From: Chrysomallon squamiferum
Taxonomy: Eukaryota > Animalia > Mollusca
NCBI GenBank assembly: GCA_012295275.1
Contig: CM022667.1
Coordinates: 3,286,001-3,350,000, forward strand
Direction: 5' to 3'
Length of the DNA stretch: 64,000 nt
Below are positions 1-13,761 of the stretch, piece after piece. Made by a program: the position numbers and the translations under genes. Within the stretch, counting starts at the first letter, position 1. Each line of letters starts with the position of its first letter. A model generated the notes under the pieces. The model had not been told where the DNA came from, made no database searches, and saw only the letters and a program-made list of their open reading frames with translations.

Positions 1-200
1 TTCATTGATATTTCTTTTAAACAGATTATTTTAAATTTAGCCTCTTATAATCTTGTAATACATACTTCATCTTTATTCCCAGGGACAAATATATTTTAGA
101 AAATGAGTTTTATCTGTTTGATAAAATTATATATAAAAGAAAGAAAAAAGATTAAGAAGACATCGGAGGATATAAATCTTTCTGCCATTTTTATTTTTTA

Positions 201-243
<43 letters not shown>

Positions 244-486
244 AAATTTTTTTTTTTTATTTATTTTTATTTTTTTTTTTTATATATTAATTTATATTAT
301 TCATTCTTACCTATTTCTAATTTTTTTTTTTTTTTTTTTTTGATCGGCATTCCCTTATCAAGCTTAAAATGCAAAATATGCCAGTATTAAACCAGTTCTT
401 CAATCTAAACAGTTCCGACTGAGAGAGAAAAAATAAATAACACTTCATTTTCTCAGGCATCCTGATCATATTTTATTTCATAGACC

Positions 487-487
487 A

Positions 488-519
<32 letters not shown>

Positions 520-547
520 AATTTAAATATCTAAAAAAAAAAAAAAG

Positions 548-629
<82 letters not shown>

Positions 630-632
630 AGA
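487..632. repeat. Long poly(A)-rich tract (poly-U on the JPH strand)
   Basis: About 145 nt of nearly pure A, downstream of the stop codon. Confidence 0.9.
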
Positions 633-946
633 AAAAACACTCCATCAGAAAACAATCTTTCCAAGAGCATAAGGAGGCCCTGTCTGGGTTAAGAAAAGAG
701 AAATGACGGTAGTGCTATATTTACAATGAAGAGATGGCTAAATTAAAAACAATAATGATAATAATGTAAATGAAATAAAATAAATAAATAAATAACAAAG
801 AAAAAAAAAAAAAGAAAAGAAATTAAAATCAGTACAAACGAAAAGGTTTCGGAAGATAAAAAAAAAAAAAAAAAATTAAAAATTTTCAGGACCACACAAA
901 AATAATATATTTTTAAAAGAATTTTTTAAAAGCTGTTTCTTGTTTT

Positions 947-981
<35 letters not shown>

Positions 982-3129
982 TACATTATAATTAAATCAA
1001 AATTTGGAAAATCCAACTAACAAGATCTAAGGCAGGATCTTTCAAAATCAGGATCACGTGATAGGCCACGCAAGGTGGAGGTTTGTTCCTATTCCAAAAT
1101 TTTAAAGAAAGAAGGAAACAAAGAATGAAAAGAAAAGAAAAGAAAAGAATGAATTAAACAGTTAAAAAAATTCAGTGGTTAAACCACACAAAAATAAATA
1201 AGTACAAATAATAAATTAATTAATCGACTAGTTTAAAAAGAAATCAGAGTTATCGGAGAAGTAACCAAAATGTTACTTTGATAGTCAAAAAAAAAAAAAA
1301 AAACTTAAACGAAACCACACACTGGAATTCGATTTAATAAATATTAAATACAGTATTCAAATTATGTTCAAAATGTCTTGTTGCTTGGCGCTGTGGCACT
1401 TCAACAAACCAAAACCTGTCAAAACGGATCCCTCTGCAAACAGGACAGGACGAAACATACCAAAAATAAAAATGGCGACGATGCGTGTACATGTTATATA
1501 TAAAATAAAAAATCTAATAAAATAAATCTGATATTACTTATTTTTAATTTATTAATTTTATTATTATTATTATTATTTTTTTTTTTTGCTGTTTTTTCTT
1601 CTTCTTTTTTTATTTGTTTATTTTATTATTATTATTATTATTGTGGTCACATCTTTAGTAATAAAAAGAAAAAAACTTAAGATTTATCTCAATGTTGTTT
1701 TTGCTTAATGAAGTCAGCAGTAATTACCACAATCAACTACTAACATTAAATGTCTGATTTTCTTTTTTCTAGTGTTTATTCTTTTTTTTTTTTTTTTTTT
1801 TTCTAAAATAATTTTTGTAAAAAATAAAAAATAAAATTAACTACGAAAATTGATCACGTGACACGTCAAATCAAACCGCCATTTTTAATGCTTAATTTCC
1901 ATGACAACCTACGTTCACCTGAGAATAGAAAGAAGGTCATGCCTTTAATAAGGGATCCAACGAAAAATGGTTTCAAACTTATACATGTAAATAAATAAAT
2001 AAATAAATAAATAAACAATAGTTAATAATAAACAGTTAAAATAATCTATGTACTGTTCTAGCTCAGTGCACTTTGGGATTGAATCCTCGGGCAACAGAAA
2101 ACAGGAAATGCTGCTACTTCCGGTACACTTGGATAGCTGATTGGTTGACTACCCAAGGCACGTGACAGAGTTGAGAATATTATTATACACTTGGCCCAGA
2201 GATGAAATAGTTATCACAGATGTCAGGAATCGTGGGTTGAAAAACGTAAAATAAAATCAAATAAAATTTTTTATCACGGCAAAACACAAACATTGTGATA
2301 AAAGTTATCTGTACACGTTACATGAAAGTCTTCCTTTTTTTTAAAACCATTTGCTTGTAGAAAGAAAAGAAATGAAAAAAAAAAAAAAAAAAAATTAAAA
2401 AAAAATAATAATAAAAAAAAAAAAAAATTGACAAAATAACATTCAGTGACGTATCTGCTCGCTCTGAAATTTTTTTTTTTTTTTTTTTGTTAGGTTTGTT
2501 TTTTTTCTGTTTTTTTAAGGGTGAAGGTCACTGAGTGGCAATGGCAAGGTAAGTTAAATGTCAAGGTCACTCACAATGTAGGGGTGGAACTGTAAAATAA
2601 CAAATGTAGGCACTCTTCGTGTCGAACTGCAGCGAGACGTCTGCTAATCAACCAGTGTTCGAAGCAGACGATAACGAAACACAATGCGATGACGTAATGC
2701 AAGTGTACTTTTGATGTAATCATGAAAGGTTGCAAGTCCTAACTGCAGTGTGTTTTATTAATTATTTTTTGGTTTTATTTCTAAACCGGAAACAATCTAA
2801 CGGGATACTTTCTCTTGGGTCACATGACACTCCTCAACACTCGAGTAGACCTCTGAATATATTATTATTATTATTATTTTAAGTATTATTATTTTTATTA
2901 TTTTGTTTTCCAACGTCGAAACCTCTCGAAGGTCAGGGGTCATCCGGTCAACATTCAGGCATCGATCTTCAGGCCAGCACCATTCAAAAATGTTCTCTCG
3001 GGTGAAAACTGCTGGATTGCCCAGGCTAAAAGCGCCATTTTGTTTGCAACAGGCAGGGCTTGCCCTTTTTTTTTTTATAGGAAACCACACAAAACTGAAC
3101 ATTTGCCAAAACATTCAACAGCATTCGTC

Positions 3130-3216
3130 TCAGGAAAGTAGGTTGAAGAACATGGTCGCCAGACTAAGATTTAGCGCAATTACTAAAACTAGGAGTTGTC
3201 GTTCTTGACACCAATC
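3130..3216 (-). CDS. JPH: Junctophilin coding exon 5 (C-terminal transmembrane tail anchor, stop TGA)
   Basis: Acceptor CCATTTCAG|GAT, phase 0. DWCQERQLLVLVIALNLSLATMFFNLLS* is a hydrophobic ER/SR anchor with the central Asn typical of JPH TM segments. Confidence 0.92.
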   Translation of the reverse strand, partial: DWCQERQLLVLVIALNLSLATMFFNLLS

Positions 3217-3339
3217 CTGAAATGGGAAATACGTGGGAATAAGTGAATGAATGAATAAATAAATAAATAGTTTATTCTTCTTCTTCTTCTTCTTCTTTTC
3301 GGTACAAAACAAATTAGGATAAGGTTATATATATATATG

Positions 3340-3623
<284 letters not shown>

Positions 3624-3678
3624 ACAACTGCGCGGACCACACAGTGAACAATTAAAATAACGATGAAAGGACACGCAC

Positions 3679-4724
3679 CTTGACGTCGCCAAGAAGCACG
3701 GAGACATCACCTTGTCGTCGTCGCTCTGCCAGTTCCTGCAGTCGACGAATCTCTTCACGCCGCTGTAGCTGTAGTCGGTAAGCCTCGTTTCGCGCCAGCG
3801 GTTTGATGACGGAGCTGACTTGCTGCAGGTCGGGAAGACTGCCGTGTTTCAGCGTCTCCGACAACTTCTTCTGACTCTCCAGGGTGTACGCCTTGTGCGG
3901 CTTCTCCCCTCCCGCGCTCTCCGGCGGGTTCCCGTGCACGTCCGCGCGCACGCGCCTGCGTATTCCGTTCTCAATGATGAACGTCTCTTGGTTCTTCTCG
4001 CTCAGATTGTCGCTGCTGTGAGCGGTGTCCGGCTCCTGTGCGTTGGCCTCTCTCTTGGGATTCGAACCCGTCTGGTTTATGATGCAAGGCAAAGTTCTTC
4101 GGCGCAGAATGGGACGGTTTTTGCTCTCATCCTCCATCGAGTCGGAGACGCCGGAATCCGGCGACGTGTCGCTCGGGTTGACCTTTGACCTGGCGGGGGC
4201 CCGCTCGTCCCCGACGTAGATTTCTTTACCCAGCCCACTGTCGTCGTGCGGGGCCGAGTACTGATCGAAGTGGTCGTTGAGGATCGTCGAATTGAAGATC
4301 TCGCTGAAACCCCTGCCTCGCCTCGACCCAGCCAGGAAGCTGTACCTGCGAATCTTTAACGAAGGGCTCCGGCTGTGTGGACTCACGTTGAGCGCCTGCA
4401 TCGTTTCCTGCTGCATCCCTCCACCCCCGAGCCCGCCCCCACCACCACCCAGCCCACCACCGCCGCCGCCTCCGGGCCCTCCGCTGCCTCCCGGATTGTA
4501 CGGATAACCCGGATTTAGATTATGTCCTACATTGTTCTGTCGTCTGTTGCTGGAACCGTAATCCTTGTCGTACGTGGACGGCGTCATGCCGTACTCGAGG
4601 GAGTTGGGGTCTCGCGGGGTCGCGTAGCTCTTGGGCTGGTACGGGGCGTGGTTCTGCATTGGTTGGATAGGTCTGAAGTCGTACTCGTGTTCGCCGTGAT
4701 CTTGTTTCTTCATAACGTCGGTTC
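3679..4724 (-). CDS. JPH: Junctophilin coding exon 4 (divergent, low-complexity region)
   Basis: Acceptor TTTTCAG|GA continues the frame (GTDVMKKQDHGE...). Open for 1046 nt with GC-rich coding composition; includes a poly-Gly tract and ends ...RRRQGDVSVLLGDVK at donor AAG|GTGCGT (phase 0). Confidence 0.9.
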
Positions 4725-5365
4725 CTGAAAATACATCAACGTCGGATTTTAGTACTGATGTTGATGACGATGACGACCAATAATAACAACAACAATAACA
4801 ACAACAACAACCACAACAGCACTAATAATAATAATAATTTAAAAAAAAAAAAAAAAAAAACCTATTATATAAATCACGTACAATATTTTGATTGCTTTTC
4901 TATTCCTAATTAGACAAAATATATTATTATATGGCCGCTCGAAATAAAAATTTAAAAAAACAAGAATCAGATAATTAATATTTTGACCAAAGATAAATAA
5001 ATAAATAAATAAATAAAACAAACAAACGCGAATAAAAATGAAAAATGTCTTCCTTCGTTCGATCGCTGGTGTTCAGCACATTAATCAGAGGAACTGTTAT
5101 GTTTTTTTTTTTTTAAATCATTATTATCTGTTGCCATTTTAGGGTGACGCTCACATCTAAACCTCGAATGTGTAGTACGATATCAATTCAAGAAATTACG
5201 AATTCTTTACCATAATTACAGAAGAATAAACCATTAAATATAAAGTACAGACAATATGAAAGAAGGTCGCCTAATATAGACACACACACAGAGAAAGAGA
5301 GAGAGAGAGAGAGTATTCTCGAAACAAAATATGATGCAACAGACACCTGGAGATGGGTGCAGTAG

Positions 5366-5379
5366 GTTGCTATGGCAAC
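5366..5379. promoter_or_regulatory. RFX X-box-like element
   Basis: GTTGCTATGGCAAC, a near-palindromic match to the RFX consensus GTTGCCATGGCAAC. Confidence 0.45.
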
Positions 5380-5644
5380 TAAATTTTCGCCGTTCCGCGG
5401 TAAAGGTCAAAATACCAGGTAGTACAGTGAAACGATACAGGTTAATTTAGGAAGATAACAGAAGATAATCGCATCTATGGATGGCTTAGAAATACATCAG
5501 TGAAACAAACCCGCGTTTAAAAAGGTTTGAAAACAGGCGAATCAGTAATGGGCGAATCCAGCAGACGATAAACTATGTTTTGTAAATATCAGTTGTTGTT
5601 TTAGCTAAAAGTGACGTGGTAAATGCAGACGTCTAATGGAAATA

Positions 5645-5692
<48 letters not shown>

Positions 5693-6014
5693 TAATAGTA
5701 CTACTAATACTATTGTTGTTGTTGTTGTTGTTAAATAATAATAATAATGATAATAATAATCACATATCTAAACCTAAAATCACTGTATCTAATTATCTCC
5801 ACAGTAACAAATAATTTAAAACATAATTTAGGTTAACAATGTAAATTGTCTCTGTGCATTCATTTACTGTTAATCATTTTAATGTATGTTTAGCATTCTC
5901 AGTTAGTGCGTTTTTTGAACTGAATATGATATAATAACAGTAAATAATATTAGTATTCTGGATGATATCTGTACACTAGAGTCCATAAGATATTTCTCCA
6001 TTTCTCCAGTGATG

Positions 6015-6102
<88 letters not shown>

Positions 6103-6191
6103 GCATGCTCACACAACCACTGCAAAACAAAACAGTCTTTCATCCATGAAAACCACAAATCAACACAAAATAGCAAAATACATTATTGTCA

Positions 6192-6241
<50 letters not shown>

Positions 6242-6279
6242 GTCATGACACTGAATGTTGAAAAGAAAATCTTAATATG

Positions 6280-6440
6280 GCTTTATTATGACGTTGTAAG
6301 AGGTAGCTTTATTGTGACGTAAAAAGTAGCATTATTATGACGTTGTAAAAAGTAGCATTATTATGACGTTGTAAAAAGTAGCATTATTATGACGTTGTAA
6401 GAAGTAGTGTTATCGTGACGTTCTAAGAAGTAGCGTTATT
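6280..6440. repeat. 26-bp minisatellite, about 6 copies
   Basis: Unit GCATTATTATGACGTTGTAAAAAGTA. Confidence 0.9.
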
Positions 6441-6830
6441 TTGTTAAACGATCCATTACTTTAATAACGTATGGTTTAAATTTAGTGATGGCAGATGACA
6501 GATGGTAATACGTTAATGATACCAGAGAGAAAGCTCTTGCTATTACATTACGTTCATTTCTTAATGATTAGCACCAAGAAAATGTTTTATTATTTATAAA
6601 AAAAAAATTTTCATAATTTCTCTTTTTAAAAAAATCACATACGTTACCTTTCGTGAAACTGTTTAAGAACATATCGTCAGAAAAAAAAAAGTTGTTAGTT
6701 TACATGCATGTTCTCTAACAATGCAATTTTATGCCAAAACTTTATTAGTAGTAAACGTTGGTGACTTGTAATAAGTAAAAAGCTGTAATTTTTTTGTTTA
6801 AAGTAATACTAGAAGAACTAAAATTTGAAC

Positions 6831-6893
<63 letters not shown>

Positions 6894-7707
6894 TACATAA
6901 ATAAATATAACCACAACAACAACAAATAAAACATTAACTTTAAAAATAACAAAAAATGGCATTTATTTTAAGAACTTTACAATTATATTTAAGAAGAAAT
7001 CTATAAAAGATTAACTTAAAAACGTATTTTAAAACATATTTAAACATTTTTAAAAAGGCTTAAACGTCACTGCTCGCTGTGATTTCCCTCTCTGCACTTG
7101 TTTTCATATTTTCGGTTTGTTAGTGTTGTTTCAGCAAAATCGAACACTTAGTTTTTTCTTCTTCTTTTCTTTTCACCTAAGTATTTTGGCAAATTGCCAT
7201 TAAAAACAGAAGTATACGTTTCCATGTTTGTTACATTCTAAATATAATTTAAACACAGAGTACACGCTATTGTCTTTTTGTATCGTTTGTTCCGGAATTA
7301 TTATTATTATTATTATTTTTTTTTTTTAATTATTATTATTTTTTATTATTATTATTAAGATAAGACATATTTAAACATACATAATAGATCGTTTTAATAT
7401 AACCTTTTGTTAGAATTATTTAAGGACTTTGGAAAAGAAAACATCACCCACACATTTTGTTTTATTTATGTATGACGTAAAGCATTCCGTTGTTACAGAA
7501 CACAAGTATTTTTGTGCATTTAATTATCTCAATTATTCTCAAAAGAAACATGCTCTCAATTAAATTTCTGTGAACGTCTATCTAGTAATTTTTATATTTT
7601 TATTATTTAAAAAAAAAATTAAAATTTTAAAAAAAAAAAAAAAAAAAAACCGGAACATTTTTACGTCTAAATGAATACTTTCAGATATCTTCGTTATTCA
7701 GTTAAAA

Positions 7708-7775
<68 letters not shown>

Positions 7776-8295
7776 GGAAACAAATCACCAAAGTTATCAC
7801 TAGTGCATTTTGAAACACTAGTCAAAATAAAATGAGAACTATTTTGTTTAGCGTAATGATAAAGCTGTTCTTCGATTTGTGAGGGTGGTCATGCAACATT
7901 CAAACTCATAAAACTCACTTCAAACATCAGTAATAAAAAATAAATGTAACTCGGTTGTGTTATGGCGTAAGACAGTTAGGTACTACGTTCAAACCCCGGT
8001 TCACTCTATTATCAAAAAGTAACTGTGGAAGTTAACTAATATATTGACATCATAAAAGGTCTCGGAAAATAAAGAATTCTCTTTTTATGTAAACACACAC
8101 GTTTATCTCAGTTGAATCTTGAAGTATGGTAAAACAAATAAACAAACAAACAAATACATAAATAAATAAATAAATAAATAAATAGTAACAGTAATAGTAG
8201 TAGTAGATAAAAAAAAAAAATAATAATAATAATGAAAGAAGAAGAAGAAAAGAAATAAATAACTAAATGAATTGTTTTTTAATTTTTAATTTTTA

Positions 8296-8377
<82 letters not shown>

Positions 8378-8657
8378 TTCTTTTATTTATATTTTAAAAG
8401 CAAACTAATTGTCAGTGTAAAACCCAGTTAAACTTTGCTCTAATAAGCTGACACTGTCAAAATTTGAAAAATTCTCTTCTAGCTAACATGCACTGAAATA
8501 AATAAAAATAATCTGAGAAAAAAAACAAATGTCTGAAGCTTTCAAACATCAGCACTCGCTTTTTCTTTACCTGCGTAAAAACCTGGACCTTCATCCAAAA
8601 CAAAATGACGAAATGTAAGTTTAAAATGAAATAGTGTCTAAGTTTATAACAGATACA

Positions 8658-8708
<51 letters not shown>

Positions 8709-8768
8709 AATAAAATAAATAAATAAATAAATATAAGTTGATTCAACTGAAGATAATTTTAAAAATAA

Positions 8769-8811
<43 letters not shown>

Positions 8812-10272
8812 ACAAAATGATGAATTAAAAAGTAATAATATAAATAACGTAGAGGATATTTGAAACATTATTTTCTACGTTAATAATTATAAACTAACTG
8901 ATTAATTTCAACTAATAATGTTTTGTTATTACCACAGTCAGAGTTAAATACTACGAAGTACATACATACACCAACTATAGGTATTTAAAAAACATACTTA
9001 ACATTTTAAACATCTAAATAGGCCTACGCTAAATGTGTAACCTTTTCAGAATTGTAACTACACTGCTTCAAATAAATACATAAGTGCGCAGTACCAACAT
9101 GCCTTTGTGCAATCACATAGTTACAGAAATAACACATTAATAACGAACATGAACTTCAAGTCTCGCAACATGCGTGAATCACGCGCTGGCTAGTTTATAT
9201 TTCCGGTTAACGTATTTCCGGCTTACGAGCTAAGTTAAATAAAATTGTGTCTATCAAAAACATTTCAGTTGTTTGTTTTTTGTTTGTTTTTTTTTTTTTT
9301 TTTTTCATTAATGATAAGTTATTTCATTAATTATATCTAATTAAGTAAATTAAATCATTTAAAGTTAAAAAATATATTAATTCTTAATAAAAAGTAGTTA
9401 TGATAAGGCCTAATATAAAAATCTATTTTAGTGTGTAAATCTCAAAATATTAATACTATATTTCTCCAGTTATTCAAAACTAAATGTATAATTCATTTAT
9501 ATATATATATTTTTTTTTTTTTTTTGGTTTGTTTGTTTATTTGGTTTCTTGTATACCTAACAGACAAATATTTGAAAATCTTAGTCGTAGTGTTTATCAG
9601 AACTGCATATACGTATTCTGTAGGTTATTTATTTATTATCTAATTTTATTTATTTGTTTATCTACAAATCGTCTGCGTTTTATTCTACTAATGAAATTAA
9701 CAACACTGAGGTTAATTAAGTTGTTTACTTACTTATATTGATTTTCTTTGTTTTATTTTATTTTGTTTTTATGTTTAACAAGGGAATACAAACAAGATGG
9801 CGCCCGAAGCAGAACACGTCTGCATCTTGGCTAGCAGACGGGTGTTTACGAAAGTGTTAATCACAGTTTGACCAGCACAGCGAGAACTCACAGGCTGGAG
9901 ATATCCGTTGTTTACAGATTTTTAGTTTACTGAATTTGGCCCGTGCAGAAAGTTCTGGCAATAATTTATTAACAAAAATTGATAAGGTGGTGAAAGGGAA
10001 TGGAGAATGTAATTATGTTTCAGCACAAGATTTTATTTTTAGTGCTTTTGATATAAAATAGACTCGGTAATAATATTATTATTTTTTTTTTTTTAAATTT
10101 AAAAAAAAAAAATTTCCTTCATTACAATTTTTTTTTTTTTTTTTTATTTTTTTACTCTTCTTTTTCTTTTCTTTTCTTCTCTTTCCCTTTTTAAATTTTT
10201 AAAACCTTTTTTTTTTTAATAAATTAACCATATTATTTTGTTTGGTGTAAGCGTGTGTGCGTAAGTAAATGC

Positions 10273-10303
<31 letters not shown>

Positions 10304-10601
10304 AAATAATAACAAATAATTCACATACTCTGTAATCATGACTGGAAATGTCAGCTGTTAAATGCCAGTCATAACACCGCATAAACGACTTGCATTTAAT
10401 TAACCGCCACGTGTAACATTAACCGAGATATTCGTTGCATTTGGAATTATAAATCATCTGCTTTGTTAACAGTTTGTATAATCTGAACGTATATTAACAT
10501 CGCTGAAGTGTGTTATGGTTATTATCACAGCGAACTGATCGTACATTAGACAGACGTGTACAGATTAAAGCCGTTTAAACAAAGATTATCTCAATACAAA
10601 C

Positions 10602-10720
10602 CTGGCTGGTGGAACTCGGGTGCATACTCTTTGGCTTTCAATCTTGCTATTTCGCAGTCCTGGGTAGCTCGTTCAGCGGAAAGATCCGCTTGTTCCGCTT
10701 TCGCACGTGCATTTGCCATT
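10602..10720 (-). CDS. JPH: Junctophilin coding exon 3 (alpha-helical region); absent from the ORF track
   Basis: Poly-T tract plus CAG acceptor. Reads (R)MANARAKAEQADLSAERATQDCEIARLKAKEYAPEFHQP(G), matching the end of the JPH helix (..AKE.AP.F.QPG). Donor G|GTTTGT; 119 nt; phases fit exons 2 and 4. Confidence 0.95.
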
Positions 10721-10977
10721 CTGAAAAAAAAAAACAAAAAAATATAGAAGTATTAATGTTTATTTAAAGACGAGAAAAAAAAAAATAAATAAAAAAAAAA
10801 AAACTTGTTAATTTTATATACGTTATTTTAGGTTTGGTTACCCTGAACTTAAACATGTTGTTGTGTAAGTCAGAATAGATAGCACATGGAGAATATTCGG
10901 GAAACGCAGGAAAAAAAAAAAAAAAAAAGCTCAGTAATTACTTCTAAACATAAATATTATACTGTCAACAAGACACC

Positions 10978-11067
<90 letters not shown>

Positions 11068-12405
11068 TATATATAAAACATATAAAAAATAAAATATGTA
11101 TGTGTGTGTGTGCGCGCGCGTACAATATTCAAAACATAATTATCTTAAACGGTGAATTATTTTACTGAAGGTCTCACGTTTCGCAAGCAATAATTAAAAA
11201 TAAAAAGCTTTAAATGAAGCCTAAAGTGCATAAGCCACTTGTTACGAATGACTTTCCTAATTATCTCTCTTTGTTTCGCCAACAGTAATCCTTCGTGTTG
11301 CAGCGCCCTGTCACGTGACCACCGGCTTAATCGGTCCTACTAAACAAGGCTTTGTTTTTCCACTCATCTAAAGATCTGCACTTGCATCATGACTCACACA
11401 CCTACCTATATCTATCTTAATACTTCCAGATATCAAACTTTTCTTTTTCGGAATTTAAAATTACTTACTCAAAAATATCTAACGGAAGAAAAAAATATAA
11501 CGTTTTATAAAGGACACGTTTGAATTAATCGGAAATTTTTAAATATATATATAATTTTTTTGATAACAATAGAAATATCACAAAAAGTATGCTACTTGAA
11601 TATTTTAATATTTAATTTGAGCACAGGAAAGATAAAAATAAAATAAAAATGAAAGCAAAAAATAAAACAAAAACAAAAAAACATGCACTTAATTTCTGAA
11701 TGAAAATTTTCGATGGCATTTGAATGACATTAATTTGAATGAAGTAATGCCATAGTCACGAGGAGTCTTAACATAGAAAAAATAAAACAGAATTATTTAA
11801 CTTTTCTATTTTTGAAACAAAAGGCCGTGTTTATTTATAAAAGATGTAAGTTTCAAAAATGAGGAACTAAAATAAAATAAAAACGTAACTATGCATGTTA
11901 ATAATTCTAAATGAATGAATGAATAAATAAATTAGAAAATGAATAAATAAGACGTTACTATGTGTCTTTAAACTTTGTGAGCCTTCTTACATTGTAAACA
12001 AGCACACACACACACGCACACACACAGACATTATATAATAATAATAAGAGGAAGAAGAAGAAGAACAAGGAAGCTAACAATCTTTAAACACAGTTAATAT
12101 ACATACAATTTGCATAAACATCTTTATATGTTCTAACAGGGAAAAGAAGACGAAAAAAAAAATCGAGCGCTTAGCGCATTTGAAAACCGAAAGTTATTCA
12201 CAGAACAGCAGTTAACATTTTTGCCACAGTTTTATAAGAAATCTGTGTATTGGTAATGCCGGAATCATTTGCCGTAAGGAGAAATCTGTGTTCTTCGGAT
12301 CCCATCTGACCTTTACAAACAAACTGATGCTGAATATGAGAGTAACATGTCGGCTGTGAAACGCCCTGGATCAGTTCACATCCTTCTCATAGACTCCTCT
12401 ACGCA

Positions 12406-12600
12406 GCATCCATGTTGACCTAGTGACCTACTTTGTGTGCTACATATTAATTAAACGCTTCCTCATTCGCTCTCGCTTTCTCTGTTTCTTGCTCAATAAA
12501 GATCTCTCTCTGTGCTGCATCCATGTTGACCTACTGACCTATTTTCTTTATGAATATTAATGAAACGTTCGCGATTTCATTACCCGCTCTCAGTTTTTTT
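12406..12600. promoter_or_regulatory. Degenerate ~111-bp tandem duplication; each copy carries a nuclear-receptor DR2
   Basis: GCATCCATGTTGACCTA(G/C)TGACCTA at 12406 and 12517; TGACCT-NN-TGACCT at 12416-12429 and 12527-12540. Confidence 0.55.
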
Positions 12601-12741
12601 CTCTCGTTCGATCTGAATAATATCAGCAGTTCATTTGTTTCATAAGGGATGTGAAAATGTGTGTACGGTTTTCATGTAGTTGCTGCTGTTGTTGGTGGTT
12701 ATGTTGTGTCGTCTATCTTTTGATATCTTGTTCTCTTTTTA

Positions 12742-12811
<70 letters not shown>

Positions 12812-13678
12812 CACACTCTCACAGACACACACATATCCCTCTCTCACAACACACACACATATATAAAAAAATACATGCACCTTCACATAACATAAATAGA
12901 AACACAATTAAAGGAAATAAATCGAACAAGTATTTTTTTTTTTTTTAAATATATATATATACATAAAAGATTGCAGATAGTATTACATTTCTTTCTTGTA
13001 CTCATCTTTTAAAACTATCTTTTACAAAAGATATTAAGTGTTGTTTAGATAATGTTTAAAACATTAACACAGATCTCTCTCTTTTTTAACACGCGAACTC
13101 GTCGAACTGCGCATGCGTCATATTCACGACACGACACTGAAGAGATATATTGCCATGTTGTTTGAAATAGCGCCAGAAGACCGCACAAACTTTCGAAAAA
13201 AATTGATGTTAGCGCCATCTGTTAAAACATTACACTGGTTTCTGCGAGACTGTACGCTATGAAGAAAACATCAAATATCATTAAAGTTATGACTGTGTTG
13301 GCAGTCGACGTTTGTAAACTCTATTATTATTATCGGCGAAAAAAAAACGTCCATAATGTAACTTGTGCAATGGATGTTGGCCAAGAATAAGTGAATTTTT
13401 TTTTTTTTTTTTTTTTTGTTTCCAAAATTGTTCTCTTGACTCTTTCTGTTTATTTATTTATTTACTTATTATTGTTGTTGTTGTTGTTGCTGCTGCAGTT
13501 GCAGGTTCTGTTGTTATTATTATTATTAATATTGTTATTATTACTATTAATACTTCTACCAACATTAAGCATCCTCGTCATCATCATCATCGTTATCATT
13601 TCATCAAATTTTTGTTATATACCAACATAATCATATCATCATTGCTAGCTTTGCTACACCTTTACTAGTATTGCTATA

Positions 13679-13761
<83 letters not shown>

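Noticed and set aside
1-3129. Precise 3'UTR end or poly(A) site
   Set aside because: Many AATAAA matches occur in AT-rich simple repeats; one cannot be chosen without transcript data.
3115-3132. Stop-codon readthrough of the JPH TGA
   Set aside because: The context TGA-GAC is not the leaky TGA-CTA type, and another stop follows after four codons.
7950-8005. tRNA/SINE-like A- and B-box remnants (GTTCAAACCCCGG), also at 2059-2091
   Set aside because: Box spacing is too short and no cloverleaf forms; at most unprovable SINE debris.
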